In this document: positions 25,105 through 59,559 of the stretch, one piece after another
Position numbering within the stretch: the stretch's first letter is position 1
How the letters are laid out: every line of letters starts with the position of its first letter
Source of the DNA: Tubulanus polymorphus
Lineage: Eukaryota; Animalia; Nemertea
Assembly (NCBI RefSeq): GCF_964204645.1
Contig: NC_134031.1
Span: 4,588,001 to 4,652,000, forward strand
DNA: 64,000 bases
Direction of reading: 5' to 3'
The notes under the pieces: generated by a model
Databases searched by the model: none
Seen by the model: the letters and a program-made list of their open reading frames with translations, nothing else
Told to the model about the DNA's origin: nothing
Program-made: the position numbers and the translations under genes

Positions 25105-26260
25105 TAGCAAACATAACGCGCGAGAACGGTGAAATCAATTCATAGTCGATTGCATTTCTTTAACCCCATTTATTAATCCACATGAAAATCGGATGCAGAG
25201 GGACCAACGACATAACACGTAAATATTCAACATTTTTCATCGCTGAACACGAAATACCCGAATATGTTTTGTTTCGTATATTCACGAGATCTCTTGAAAA
25301 ACGCGTTTTTCTACGGAAGACAAAATAATTTGTGAACATGTCCAGGTTATTATTTACATCACATTTTACCGTTTGGAAGGACGAATAAGCAGTTTTTATG
25401 GGTTAGGAACCTGTCTATGTGGTACATCTCGGATATCAACCTTTCAATCCTTCACTCACAAGAAGGACATCGTTTAGCAGTTACTCTGAATTGTGCGATT
25501 TTTCATTTCATTTCATTTCATTTACTATTTCTAATAGCAATGTTAATGACATCCTCGTGTAAACCATAGATTAGGCCACGAAACAAGACATTTTGCAATC
25601 TCAACTAAACGTGGCTCATACCTTAAGTAAAAAGTACTATCCACTGGAAAAAAAATTACTTTGAAAAACGCAACCCATATCTTTTAACACCGCAATTACA
25701 TGAAACGATCAGGAATTCTGCAACAAAGTCTCCCTTTCGAGTAGACGTTGTCAAAACCCACTTTAAATACCGCTTAAGTACAAGAATATTCACCCCTAGC
25801 CAAGACTTCTACATTTATATATATATATTTATATATATATTAAATACATGGAATGTTTAACTCCATCCATGGCACATAGAATAGGTTACTCGTCTTGTTT
25901 CAATTCAGATCTGTTTATTGGCATTCGAAATATCAGCACATCTCATCACTAAATCCACACCAGAGCGCGCGGGCGAACACCGATGACCGATTAGAAAAAT
26001 AAATTTCCCGATACACGCCCGTTAAAAAGAGCGAGTTTCAAGTGAAAATAAATTCACAGTCTTTTTTTAACCATCGTCAGACGATCGATTTCAATTTCAT
26101 ACGCAACAAGAATAACAACATGAACAACGTGAACAACAACAACTTTCTGCTATCACTCAGAAAACGAACGTTGATTAATTAATATCCAGCACCATTAGAT
26201 TTCAGAAGATGAGAGCACTACAAAGTGTAACGTAATTTCAGTAGGAGTTCCCCTATATTA

Positions 26261-46343
<20,083 letters not shown>

Positions 46344-48769
46344 CGTGTGTTTCCTGAAAAAATAAAATCGAAAAAATAGTCTCCATTAGAAATTCTTCCG
46401 AATAGAAAACGACGATTGCGCAGGCGGGAAATTAGGTTTCCGTCGAAATGATATTCTTCCGACGAAATACGGCAGGTGGGTTTTGGTTCAGTTTTCGATT
46501 CGAATATCGTTCCTCCATCTGAAAAATAAGCCACTCTAATCATCAGGTGTTTTGCCCGAGGCTCCGACGCTCGCTTAAATGTCAAACCGGTTTTGAATTT
46601 CAGGCTCAGAACAGACGACCGAACGTCTCAAACCACACGTGACCTGAGTGCAGATACAAAGTGTTGGTATCTTAATTATTCAAACCAATTTCAATATTCC
46701 GCGGGGACACTTACAAATAACTCGGCAAAGATTGCATCGGCGAATTACAACACAAACCAAGCAACCATTCAATTTTCCGAGGCGCTTAGACGAGATAGAA
46801 ACCCGTGGAAGCGACAGAGAACGGAAAAAGATATAGAAAGAAGTAACTCGAAGTAAATTCTGGTTGAACAATCTCTCAGAAGTGAGTGATTCTTTGAGAG
46901 AAAGCCGAAACGCGCCACAGAAAGCGAATCATAAACACGATCAACCACTAGGGAGAACATTCTGCTCTGCGTGTAGCGCGTGACATAGGCGAGTTTTTGA
47001 CATATAAAAATGTATGAGATAGTGAAAGAGGAGACCGAGAGAAGACAGTCGTCGGTCTTATACTCTATCACTGCCAGTAGGATTTCAGACACGGATCCCG
47101 CTGATCCGCCTGGTTCGACACGCGTACAACTAATTCTAATCCGCGCAGATCACGTAGTCTAACTGAAAAACGATTCGATTTCAAAATAACGACTCGAAAG
47201 AAACGTTCAACGACACTTTTTGGCTGAGAAAAATTCCAATATCCTAACTACTCGTGTACTACTAGTGTATGTATAGATGAATATCATAAATGCCAATCTA
47301 TTACCAGATCTCCTATTAATGAATATATAATAAATGCTATTACATTTTCAATCAAATAAAGAAATGATTTAACCTACCATTCAAGATATAAAGTAATAGA
47401 CCGAGACATTTCGGCAGCGGATAGATATTCCTAACTTGTAATATCACAACTATCCATACAAACGCTATCGTCCCATTTACCTTATCAAATTCTAAGTCTC
47501 AGTGGCCCATGGGCGCGACTTTGGCTCGTTTTGGGCCTCTCTTCCCGAGTGTACCTCGAACGTTGGTTCTTCTCTCGAGTTCCGCGTGTGAAAAGATTTG
47601 GCGTTCATCGAAAAATTCTAATCATCAAATATTCCCCGGTTAGGATATTCAGATTTCCTCACCGAGTCAACGGCGTGCGGACGATTCCAGAATCGCGATG
47701 ATTTTACCGCATCGGTAGCGATGACATTCATTAAATCTAAAACCCGAGTTTTGTCAGCTTATCACCTGTGAATACGATTAGGTAAGCGGATAGGTTTACG
47801 CTAGCGATCTCGGTGGACGGGTTTCTTCCGCCTGATTTGTAAAATACACGGTAACTGGATTGCATATGTTGAAACAGCTGAATCGACGCGCACTACACGC
47901 TTCTGGTTGTTGGTCGTGAACAACTCAATTACATCAGTCATCTCGTGCTGAACTGACGTTGCGTGTATAATTCTTTCCTCTTGCACTTGTTGAATGTTAT
48001 GAGGCTCGGACCAGCTTCCGAACAAAAGCCTCCAATTTGACGCGCTCTTTACCGTAAAACTGTTGAATATATACTAACGTTCTGTGGTGCATTAAACAAG
48101 AAAACTAACTTGAACGTTTATTGATACCTTGATAAAAAATGATATGTCATTTTGATACAATAAAGTCATTTTGATTTGAATAGCGAATTGTATCGACCGG
48201 CAATGATGACGTAGTGCACGTCCTCGAAAAAAATAATTATCAAAATTTAACGAAAAATAAAATAAGTGTTACGAAAAAAAATTGATTACAAAATAAATTG
48301 TAATTTTGCAGTAACACACCATAAAAGCGCAAAGGCGTAAAGGTGATGGCGTTGGTGGTGAACCGTATTATAGCAATCAGCCTTTATTATCTAAACGCAG
48401 GATATCTATACGTATAAATAGCTACAACGAGAAAATGATGACAGATTTTCTCAGCGAGACGATAATATGCATGTAATAGCAGTGATCAAAAACAATACAT
48501 CGCCAGAACTAGCGAGACTAGCTTATTCCTGCCGCGATAACTCCGCTGGATGTAAACACGACATTAACCTCGGCGACACGTCTGCAATTTCCTTCCCCAG
48601 GAACCCTATCAGCCGGGCGAGGATCGCGATTATACAAGACTTGCGCTTAGCGCGACCATCTGATCTGAGAATGTCTGGAGCATTCAAGTCGTGCACCCCT
48701 CCACGAACATTGGAGTGTAGTCGCTTGCCGGTTCAGGCTGGTTGGACGATTGTTTGAATGAACCGCAAC

Positions 48770-48985
48770 CGAAATTTCCAAAATGTACTTCGATTCAAAA
48801 GAAAAATTCTGTAAATTCGACCGCCGATCACCACACAGCCGTATCTGTACTTTCTGATTTGAAAATTGAACCCCCTGTTTCCCCCTCGGCAGGTGTGATG
48901 GGTTTGTAAAGGGACACCAAGTCGAAACAAATCAAACCAAATGCATCAATCAAATAGACAACAGGGAAAATACCTATTCTAAGAA
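48770..48985 (+). mobile_element. Dispersed repeat family A, copy 3 (longest)
   Basis: Covers both the segment shared with 27871 and the segment shared with 32710 and 59868. Confidence 0.65.
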
Positions 48986-51342
48986 TTAAAAAAACAACAT
49001 CGAGGTGCAAAGACCAAAACACAACCGGAGCTCTCGGGGCGAAGGGAAGAATATACATATCTACAGGACATCGTTAACATAGATCATAGATAAACAGGAA
49101 AAAATGAAAAAATGATTTAAAAAGACTTCGTGAAATGACAACAGTTGACAAGGTATACATCAGTTTTTAATTCCCTATCCACCGTCGCCGATAATAACGC
49201 CCGGTAAGAATTGCGGCTTAATCTTTGGATTTGCGAGACTCTTGTGCGCGGGGAGAGTGGGTATAATGCAGCTCATGTCTGGCTGCAACTCATTAGAATA
49301 GTCATTAACGTCGGATATACGCGCGTAAATTCAGATGTGGCGGAGAACCGACGAGCATCGATCACCGACCGCGTAACGAACTGCTTCCCGCGCGGTCACG
49401 CGACCACAACTCGGCGCCATCCGCAACACAGAAAAAAAAACAAACTAAATTTCACCGTCGTGACGTCAAATCATAATTAAAGACTATCAACAGTACGCGG
49501 ATATTTCATCATCTGCCGAAGCGCTTCAAAGAAATAAGTCATTCGTTTGTGGATATTCAACACTTTTTTTTCAAAATAAGAATGATTGAATTTTTTCCTA
49601 TTAAGCTGGGAAAGAAAGGTAATGCAGCTTTGCTACCGACATTTGGGCAGCCATCATCGACTATATGCAGGTTTCCGCACCTTTTTTCGCTGGACATGTG
49701 GTCAGTTGGTCAGTACGTGGTACGGTCAATAACGACAAGACCATGACACATAGCCATTTGGGAGTCCGGCGTCGATTACAAATCCGTTTCTATGACAACC
49801 GAAATGCCAAGCGTGATGACTTAAGCTCAGAAGTCCTGAGAAGATATGCCGAAATTCGACGTTGACACCGCCAAAGAACTTGAACGTATTTCGTAATGTG
49901 CTGATTAAATGATGAATGTCAAAAGCGCTATCATCGTGACTGCTATTGGCTTATTGAAAAAATTAGTTGATACACATTAGGTTTCATGGAGATATCGATA
50001 ATATAGTTTGTGTTTTGTACATAACTGTGATGCTCAACGTCGATTTTCGTGACGTCACCGCACGTCATGCTGTTCGTCACGCGCGACACAGTGTTGACTG
50101 TTTGTTGACCGATACGTGTGGCGTCCGTGTTTGAAAACAACGTCATCGTCGCTCGGACGCTGCGACTCAACGCGGAAAACCTCGCGCAAAATGTAATACG
50201 AAAACCAACTTCATCGTTATCGTCGCCTTGAAAAAAATCATGTTTATCTAATGCTGTATGTTGTCGACGATGAATAACATAACATTAAAAAAATATGAAG
50301 GATCGATAAAGTTGATTTGAATTTGAATATATCGATTGTTGAATTGATTTGAATTGACCGGTAACCAATCTATCCCCAATATTGATGACGTTTTGCACAT
50401 CCACTCACACGATATTCTAATTCGTTATGAAAAAAGCATGAATATTCATTTCAAATAGAAGATAAGAGTCAAGGAATCTAATCGATTACAAATTAAACGA
50501 CAATTTTCGCAATTATGATTGTTATTTTCAAAACGCCAATATTGTCATCTTCACACGTCAAGGGATTCGAACCCACTAAGCTAAAGCTGTTCCCGATGGT
50601 GGAAGCGACTTCGGGAGTAATACCTACCCCTAGCGAGGATGCAGTATTGATTACGAACGAATAAAGTTGCGAAAGCAAATAATCAGCTGTTTTCTTCAAT
50701 GTCACGAAAACTTTACTGAAGACAACAATTCGTCATCGGGTATACATATAACACATCATCAAAATTGCTATAGATATTCATGTTAACTATAAATCGTTAG
50801 GTTTCCATGAATGATTGGATTAGCGGTTATACCCGAATAGTGCAATCAACAGGTGCTATACGAGCTCTAATCTAATGGCACTGAGCGCCCATAATAATCG
50901 CGTGATGGAAGTTATAGCATAACCTACACCAGACCGAATCTAATGAAATACTATTATTGGCTATCGGAACCAATTGCGTTGACAAGATAACGACCATGAC
51001 AGCACCGCCGCCGCAGCGGGAGGGTATAGAGAAATGAGCGCAGACATGGCGTGAAGAATGCTTTTGATCTATATGCACAAATACGTTAGTTTAGAAAACG
51101 GTGCCCAACTGTCCTAGGTGTAGGGGCTGATGAGGGTATAACGTAGAATTTCTGGTATGGAAATGAGGGCACCAGAACGTCGAATTTTCTTTGTGCCCCC
51201 CCCCCCCGCCAAAATAGACTTTCGTTTTGGCGGGCATCAGAATGCCAGAACGCCAAAACGAAAAAAAAATTCGAATTTTCGTTTTCTTATCAGCCACTAT
51301 AACCTCGGCCTCAAAAAATAGAATGTCTTCATTTCTAAAAGT

Positions 51343-51600
51343 AAATCACCGCGACCAACACTTTCAACTGTACGTTGGATGTGCTCTCATAAATATCTTC
51401 CTCTGGCTCCAAAATGACTCCAAGACCTTTCAGTGCTTCGCGTGGAAAGTGAACCAAAGGTTTCCAAATTCAAATATATTTCTTATTTAGAAAAAAGAAT
51501 CACCGCGACCGACGCCTCGAACTGAACGTTGTATGCGCAATCGCGAGTATATCTCCACGGATTCCTCTAGCACCCTAAATGACCCCGAGACTTCCTCACG
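51343..51600. repeat. Degenerate tandem duplication, ~155-bp unit x2
   Basis: aatcaccgcgacc.ac.c.t..aactg.acgttg.atg.gc at ~51343 and ~51498. Confidence 0.65.
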
Positions 51601-52839
51601 GCGAAACACTTATCTACGGTCTTTTGATATCGCAATTCCGCGCAGATCACGAGAGAGAGAAACATTCACTCTGATATCCCGAGGATCAATTTGCGGCGAA
51701 TAACAGTCGAGAAAACTGTATATTTGCGTTCTCGAGTTTCCTGTATACATAAAAAGTCGCGGACATCATAAAGAGACGAATTCATTCTTTATTATTAGTC
51801 GAGCTTTGAACCGCTGCGAGAACCAACTCTAATATCAAAGCAGATTACAGTCAAACCGTCTTGCGGCATTTGGTGACCGTCAAAGCGCTGTCGAATGTAA
51901 TCAATGCCGGTTTTTCTCTATCCGGCTGGTTTTTTTGTCGCCGCCAAACGGACCGAGATGCGGGAAAAAGTGATCGGAATAATGATAAATAAGCTTTCAA
52001 TGCCGCGTATCGAAGTGGATTATTCTGTCAAACAATTTCAGACTCAAAGGAATCAATGGGATTTGGACGCGCTGGTAGGTCACGTACAATGAGCGGTTTG
52101 ATGTCCGAAGTCAATTGATAAGACTTAAGTTAAAACGAACCGAATATGCTTATTTTGGGACCGGCTTTAAGAGTCTCGTTTTGGAATAGGTCTCGGCTGT
52201 GCACCTAGATCCATAGATTTGATGCACGGGGCGGTGCAGGGGGATGTTAGGGGTTTCCGCAAAAACAATGAGTTCCGCTTGTTTTGATTCAAAAAGGGAA
52301 TCAAATAGAGGCCACTATTATCCGAGCGTCAAAGTTTGACCCGGACCCCCGTTCGGTTCCAACCAAATTGAAAAAAGAGACCCGCCCGCTTCGCGCTACG
52401 GGCCCAAATCACAAACCGCTAGATTTGTTAATTACGCCGCCGAAAGAGAACCGTCTCCTGACAGACAGAATTTACCATATCTAATGAAATTTCCATCGTT
52501 CTTTACAAATGCGACGATCGCGTGCGTCGTTGTCGTTTGCAGAATTCAATAATTATTAGATTTGAAGTAACGCCGGGCTCTAATGAATCAATGCATGTTC
52601 AAAATTCGCGTCACACGTCCTACTTGTAATTCAACCGTATTAGCATTTACAAAATAATGAGAATAGGTTGTATTTACATAATGCCTTAGTACGTTTAGGT
52701 TATCTTGATAGAATAAAACCATATTTAACAGTTCAAACCTAATTATTATTTTCAAGACTTTTATACACCGAAGAAAGGTCTATATATCTAAGACTAGCCC
52801 ATGCACCACTCGAAGATGACGACACTAGTTTCGGTACGT

Positions 52840-53080
52840 AATATAAAGAGAATCCCACAATAAAGACGACAAAATAATCAAGTCCGAAAATGCTTCTTTG
52901 AGCTGGTAGTTTATTCAACGTTTCGACTATATGCTAATTAATAGTCATCTTCAGGAATACTGTACAAGTCGAAACGGTGAATACACTACCAGCTCAAAGA
53001 AGCATTTTCGGACTTGATTTTTTTTCGTCATGATTATGGGATTCTCATTACATCATCGTCACAACACGGTGTTTTATCAA
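52840..53080. mobile_element. Palindromic non-autonomous element (Penelope-like pLTR-derived) carrying a hammerhead ribozyme
   Basis: About 85-bp inverted arms (gagaatccca.aat...aagtccgaaaatgcttctttgagctggtagt.tattca.cgtttcgact) around the ribozyme core. Confidence 0.75.
52912..52959 (-). ncRNA. Minimal type I hammerhead ribozyme
   Basis: tattc-CTGAAGA-T-GACTAT-(10-nt loop)-ATAGTC-GAAA-CGTT-gaata: intact core, 5-bp stem I, 6-bp stem II, palindromic ACGT stem III. Confidence 0.75.
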
Positions 53081-55278
53081 CGGTGCTCGATACGTAAGTC
53101 GCGGATAAGCAACTGGACCTATATTCAAGTACCTTTGAGAAACTTCTCCGACAGCGAAAGCTCCGTCGCACGTTTACTAAATTAAGAATTGCGCCCGCAA
53201 CCACGCGTCCTTATACGAACTGTCATCGATGATAACGAAGAAAAACTTTCGAAAAGGTCAGAGAACAGCTAGCGGGCTCGATTCGCGCGCACCAACCACA
53301 TACAACGCGAAATTAATTCGCATGATTTCAGATCGTCCTCGCCGACGTCGAACTCATAACAGACGCGCCCGAATCGTCGTCAAATTATCATGAAACGGCG
53401 GTAATTATTTTCGTATTTTGAATTACGGCGGTGTGTATCGGCTATTTTCATTTCGCGACAGATAATTAGGCTGGAATTCGTATCCGCGCAATATCCGCAA
53501 TTCGACGAGATGCTGAAATTGATTTAGCCATGAGCGCAATTTTGTTTTTAATTTACTACACTTACTGCCGACAAGCCGAGGCGTAAATGAAAGCCCGTTG
53601 CGCAGACTACGAAGTGAAAAAAGCCATTTGATATTCATCCGCCAATTTAGAGCCACGCGTTGCAAACGAGCAAATTTGGAATTGTTGTCATTCGTTTTAC
53701 TTTCACGACGAGCTATAGGTATATTCTTGAGGGTGGTAACACAAGCACCAGCTTTCTTAGTACCGCCCTCGCTGGCTTGTTCTTACATTTCATACCTGCA
53801 TTATTGTAACAGCATACATTTACAAGTACATATATATCCTATTGTATGAATATATGATTTGAAAATAATTGCAGTTAAATTAAGTTGTCTAATAATGATA
53901 ATAATAATGATAATAATAGAAAATGTGGCCCTCCTCGCCATGACGAAAACCGATTTTCACTCCGAATATCCAACATTTTCACGGTAGAACCCACCCAGCA
54001 TCAAACACCACCCAACTAATCAAACTGACTCACATGTTTCGTCGGGATCTCTCTATCCAGAACACACGGATTTTCAGTAAGGCGCGACTGAGCTTTAAAT
54101 GCCGAGTTTCTGATATATAATGCATCGAACACTTTACGTCTATATCCTATACGCGGGCTTACACAGAGCTGTACTGAAATCGCAGGTGAAACAGCAAACA
54201 ATAAACGATTCATCAGAATCGTAGAACAGGTTGAACGCACATGAGAAACTCTCCGGCGCGAAAGTGCCCCAGGAAACGCTTTATACGCGCCGGCAAAAAC
54301 AAAAGATTACGTGCTCGTTAAACTGCAATATTCAGAGCAATTCTTCGATATCCATTCCAGCGTTTCTTTTCATTTCGTAGACGCACAGAATAGAAACTGA
54401 ATTCCAGAGTGTTTGATTGAAGGGAGGCCGAGAGAGAGAGAGAGGAGAGAGGAATACATATATTGACTGAGACAGATTTTTTGTCAGCCAATCTTTGCCG
54501 CGATCCGCAGGTATCCGCAGGTCCAGTTCTGGTTCTGATATTTACCGACCCACCTACAACGTACCTTATTTACTCTCTGCTCGCAAATATATTGTGTAAA
54601 CATACTACTGAGGTAAGGGCTGAGAGACTATTGTCTACAAACAGTCGACAGTCTCTCAAATCATACCATGCAACCAGTAGATTATGATTCCACTGGCCTT
54701 CGTGAAAGTCCTACTTGACCCAACCGACAGTTTTCAAAAATCCTTTCCAAAAATGTACAAATCAAGTGATTTGTACATGAAGAATATATACATGTACATG
54801 ATGAATAATGATTTCATCAAAAGAACAAAATTTATCAAAATTGGCACGATTTTATTCGGGTTCCTCGCCTAAACATCAACCAACTGATACTTATTTTCCG
54901 TTCCCGCTTCGCAATCGAGATTGAAAGGATTTGAGATAAGATTCAAGTTCAGTATATATGTATATATATAACCAGCTATGGGCGATCTAACTATTGAAAT
55001 CAATCATACTACTTTCATTAACAGAGTTGTATATCAAATGCAGCTGCAATTGGCATTTCGTGAAATATCGCGCGGCTTGCGTATAAACCAAACCGGAACA
55101 TATTGATGAATCTAACGCAGTTATAGTTCAGTCGGTGTTGTAATTGAAAAAGTAAAACATTAAAAACGGGGATTTTCTCATCGTTCCTTCTCTCAGTCGT
55201 TAGTAGCGAAGAAAATAGTTTCAAAAATAACGCTATCAGTTTTGACGGATTGATTCCGATCGTAGGCGCGCGGAGAAT

Positions 55279-55306
55279 ACACCACCACCACCACCACCAC
55301 CACCAC
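55279..55306. repeat. (CCA)n microsatellite
   Basis: Direct reading. Confidence 0.9.
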
Positions 55307-57190
55307 CGGATTTTCACGCCGTCCTTAGAGAGTTCATCAATATCAATTTACAACGTGTATTAGATGACTTACCGAGCTGGTTTTTAAATTACATCCTATA
55401 CGGAGAAATATCGTCGGTTCTATTAGCCATCCTCGGCTAATGTATTGGAGCTATTAAGTGCGACGGGCATTCTAGACAAAACTATATACCGCTGAACGAA
55501 TCGATAGAAAATCACGCCCCGTCACAAAATCCAAAATTCACTTTGCTAATCACGATTCCTATTTGTTTGTCTATGCGACTCGTCGTTTTCCATGATAAAT
55601 AACGCAGATGGATGTATTTATTATTCGAATGATCGCAGGCGATGTGTGTGAGTCTCCCTAATGATCGAAAACGAAAATGAAAATAACTTATCACGTCACG
55701 AAACAACAGTTTTTCGATACGCGGATAGTCAGCGCGAACGTGTATACCTTCGTTTCGGCCTACTCCGAAATCGTTACATCCTAGGCATATTCATCAGCCC
55801 AGTCTTTATTCACAGAACGTATATCCATTCACGAAGAATATATATATTTGATATACCATCGAAATAAGAGTGCTTGTATTTTTTTCTTCTTCAGAAATGC
55901 ATATCACGCGACTAAGAGAAACGAAGCGCTCTTGTCATCCGAGGGTAGATTTAACAGTGTCGCATTTGAACTGCCGCATAATAAATATCACGACGTATAG
56001 CCAGGACGCTACTGTCCGCAGTCGCCACGCCGACCGAATTCGTCTGAATGTATATACATCATCAATTCGATAGGTATTTAGCTGTACGAAGAATATGAAA
56101 TAGCGATTGAGATGTTGACAGATAACTCGGAGAGCGTTGATGTTCGGTTGATGAGACAGGTACTCGGAGCTTGGCAGACGACGCCGCCTTCGCTGCTAGA
56201 TTGAAAGACACACGCGACGTGAACAGTTGCATGTGAACAACGACGGATGGAACGATGGTGAATGGCGATACCAATCACAGTTAGTGACAGACCAGACTGA
56301 GCAACGCAACAAGTCTTCCTCGGGAAACATCGGCGGATCAATTCGACTTCATTTCGAATATCAAACCGGTAAACGCACGTTCGGGCCGAGGGTGTAGGTT
56401 ATGGTATAATCTCAAACCACGATCTACTCGAATCGACGTTTCTTGAACGGAAAATCTTCCCAAAATGTAGGCGGTTCTATTTTGCGTATAGAAATTTGAC
56501 CTCGGTTTCTAACCTATACGTCGAAACCCGCAGGTATAAGTCTTCCACTTTGTCAGATAGCCCATAGACTCCACTTGAGTCCACGGGTAGAGTCTTCCGC
56601 TTCGATAGAAAAAAAACCGTGGATAAATTGACACACGTGAACAGATACCCGACATCTTAATAACATTATTTTACTAGTAATAGAACGCGTGAGATATTCG
56701 GTTTCTAGCTAGAAGTCGGAAATTACATTCGACATAATTGGATACACGGATAACAGCAGATAAAATATCGTCGACCGCAAAAAACAGATGACGCAAAACC
56801 GCCGCCGATAAAACAGCGCCGGCCAGGGAGATCGGCGAACACGATTATTAATTACATTTAAGGTCTTTCATCTATATATAAACATCACGACGAGCCGCGG
56901 TATTTACGTAAATACTAACACCCGCGCGTACGTCACACGAACGTTACGCTTTCAACCAAGACCCAACCATCGATTAATTAAGCCGGTGTGTTCCCTACAA
57001 TAAATCTAGTTCCGTACGTAACAGCTTATGCGGGCTGTTAAGACAAAATGCGAGGAAATCCCTAGCTACGTTAGATCATACAGACACGGCTTATTTTGTA
57101 CGGCTTCTCATTCCGTTCGAATAAATCCGCTTTTTATCTATTGAAAAAATTGCTTTCCAATATTTGAACCGCTCCAATTCCGTCGTTACC

Positions 57191-57544
57191 TTTGATTTCC
57201 ATCCTCCCCCGGAACGGATTGGAACCTGCTGGCATCGAGATTGCCGCGGTACGAAACCCTGCCACACTAGACCGAGTGCGCAGCTTTAGGTGATGTCATT
57301 ATTAGCCAATCAGATATCCCGTTTTATTTTCGTTTAATATTATCCCATTAATAGTTCTTCCGTGAAATTTACCTCAGCGATTTTAGAACGAGCAATCTGA
57401 TTGGTGCCGCAAGTTTTCGCGCGGTAAACCTGTGCATGTACCTGCGCACCCGGTCTGGTGTGGCAGGGTTTCGTGCCGTGGCTGAGTGAGTGAAGCGATA
57501 CCATCGGGTTCGAATCCCTGCGGAGGGAGGATGTTGATGTCAAA
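57191..57544. mobile_element. Fold-back element with tRNA-like (Pol III A/B box) arms
   Basis: 57200-57283 is an imperfect reverse complement of 57442-57533. A-box-like gtggctgagtgag at 57478-57490 and B box ggttcgaatcc at 57507-57517. Confidence 0.65.
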
Positions 57545-58379
57545 ACGCGTATTTCCAAACATAATTCTGTTATTACTCGTACCATCTCGAGTCACCACGT
57601 AAAAATAATATTCCGGCTTCGGCGTTATTGTTGCAAAATTGATACCTTTGGAAGTTTAATTACTGCGCAACTAGAGTCGTGTTTCATCCACAGATTAATT
57701 AGGCCTTATTCCACGGCTTATCCCGGCAACGTTATGCGCTGACGCAGCTGAAATATCTTCCTCGTCTTCAAAAGCGAAAAACAGCGCTCTGGTTGCTGCA
57801 ATCCAAATTGAAATACAATTCATCTTCGCTCCTCTTTCAGAATTTGCTGATAATAAAGCTCTTTCGAGAAAAAAAAATCATCTTTGTTTTCGATTAAAAA
57901 AGAAAAATCAAAAGCTATCCTCAGTGGAAGAGGTGAAACTCTGCACGGTAACGACGACGCAATGGATTATCTATGGTTACAAATTTCCGTCTCTCGGGAT
58001 TTTTTATGGTTATAGATTTCAGTGTCTCGGGATGGATCATCAGACACACGGGCAACGAAATCTGATGTGAAACTAATGCGCGAATGATTTCATTTCAATC
58101 GAGGCATTTTTCACGTTTAAATACTCGACGCACCGGACATACCACGGACAAAGGACCATTTTATAGATAGACTACAGATGACACTATAATACAGTATTGA
58201 ACAACTTAGTTCTCCTAATCAGGTTAATACATGAAGTGTCACCAACGGCGAGATGTGGGAGTTTTGCCGTCTTCACATGGACCGAATGATGATCATTAAT
58301 TAAATCGGCATAATACAAGATTGATGTGGGCGACAGGACGAATCATGACAAATTGAGAAATTGAGACATCGAGCCATAC

Positions 58380-58571
<192 letters not shown>

Positions 58572-58784
58572 GTTTCCTTGATGACTTTTGAAATGTTCCC
58601 CTTTCAACGAGAAGGCCCGAGGTTATGTCGATATCGGCATTGGAAAAGTCATGTTTCAAATTACCGCACTCGCCTTGAATGTTTAATTAGCAGGGCTATA
58701 CGTTTTCAAACCGGCTTCATACCATCGCAGCTAATCGCAGAAATGTTAACATCAAACATCGAGTCTAATTATTTGTAGACATTC

Positions 58785-59140
58785 TCATCCTCGCTTGCCA
58801 GGGCTTGTTTGCTTCCAGCTGAAGCTCGCGCCGACACAAACCCTACGGCCGCACACCCTTCATTGGTCTATTACGTACATTGCCCAAGATTTCTTGGGTG
58901 GATTTCTTGGGCAGACAGGTTGGTACTAAGAGGCCACCAGTCGTAGCATTAAATCAACCAATCGGACGCGTTGTTTTTCACCGGCACATTAGCTACGCAT
59001 CTGCTAGATATGTAGACTGGTGGCCGCTTAGCCAAGAAATTTTGGGCAATCTATAGTAGATCAATTAAGGGTTTGCGGTCAGGGTTTGTGATGGCTTGAG
59101 CTTCGGCAGGCGGCAATCAAAACCTGGCAAGCGAGGACGA
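58785..59140. mobile_element. Fold-back MITE with ~150-bp imperfect TIRs
   Basis: tcctcgcttgccagg...ttgcccaagatttcttgg..ctaag.ggccaccagtc versus gactggtggccgcttagccaagaaattttgggcaa...cctggcaagcgagga. Confidence 0.8.
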
Positions 59141-59559
59141 CATAACCCAAGATTGCTGAAACTAGCTGCCCTTCAAACTCACCAACGACGTTATTGAGAG
59201 CAATGCCATCATATAAACAGCGAATTACCCGCCTACAGTGAAATTGCCTATTATACACATATCTATATATGTATAACGAGATCGCGCAAACAAATCAGAT
59301 ATTCGCGATCGGAATCAGATGAGCCGGTGTTGAATACATCCGACAAATTTGCCAATGTAATAAAACAATCGGAAGCGGTCCGGAAATGGATGCGCAAGAA
59401 GACATCGACAAGCACGGCTACTCGGAGAATAGCTGAAGAGGAATTTTGAATGTTCTCCCGAGTGAAATAAGAATCGACATGAAATCAGATCGCTGAAGAA
59501 TTAGCGAATCTATCGGTAGCTGAGATACACGATTTGCGTGTAAGATGAATACGATGTTT

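Noticed and set aside
55018-55317. ORF with a poly-Trp run
   Set aside because: Translation of a (CCA)n microsatellite.
47481-55440. Strong donors at 47480 and 55372 as upstream coding exons of Rap1GAP
   Set aside because: Stops, or no ATG, in the required frames; they could be 5' UTR exons but their starts cannot be defined.
57470-57533. tRNA gene
   Set aside because: Has A/B-box-like motifs but no acceptor or anticodon stems; it is part of a palindromic repeat.
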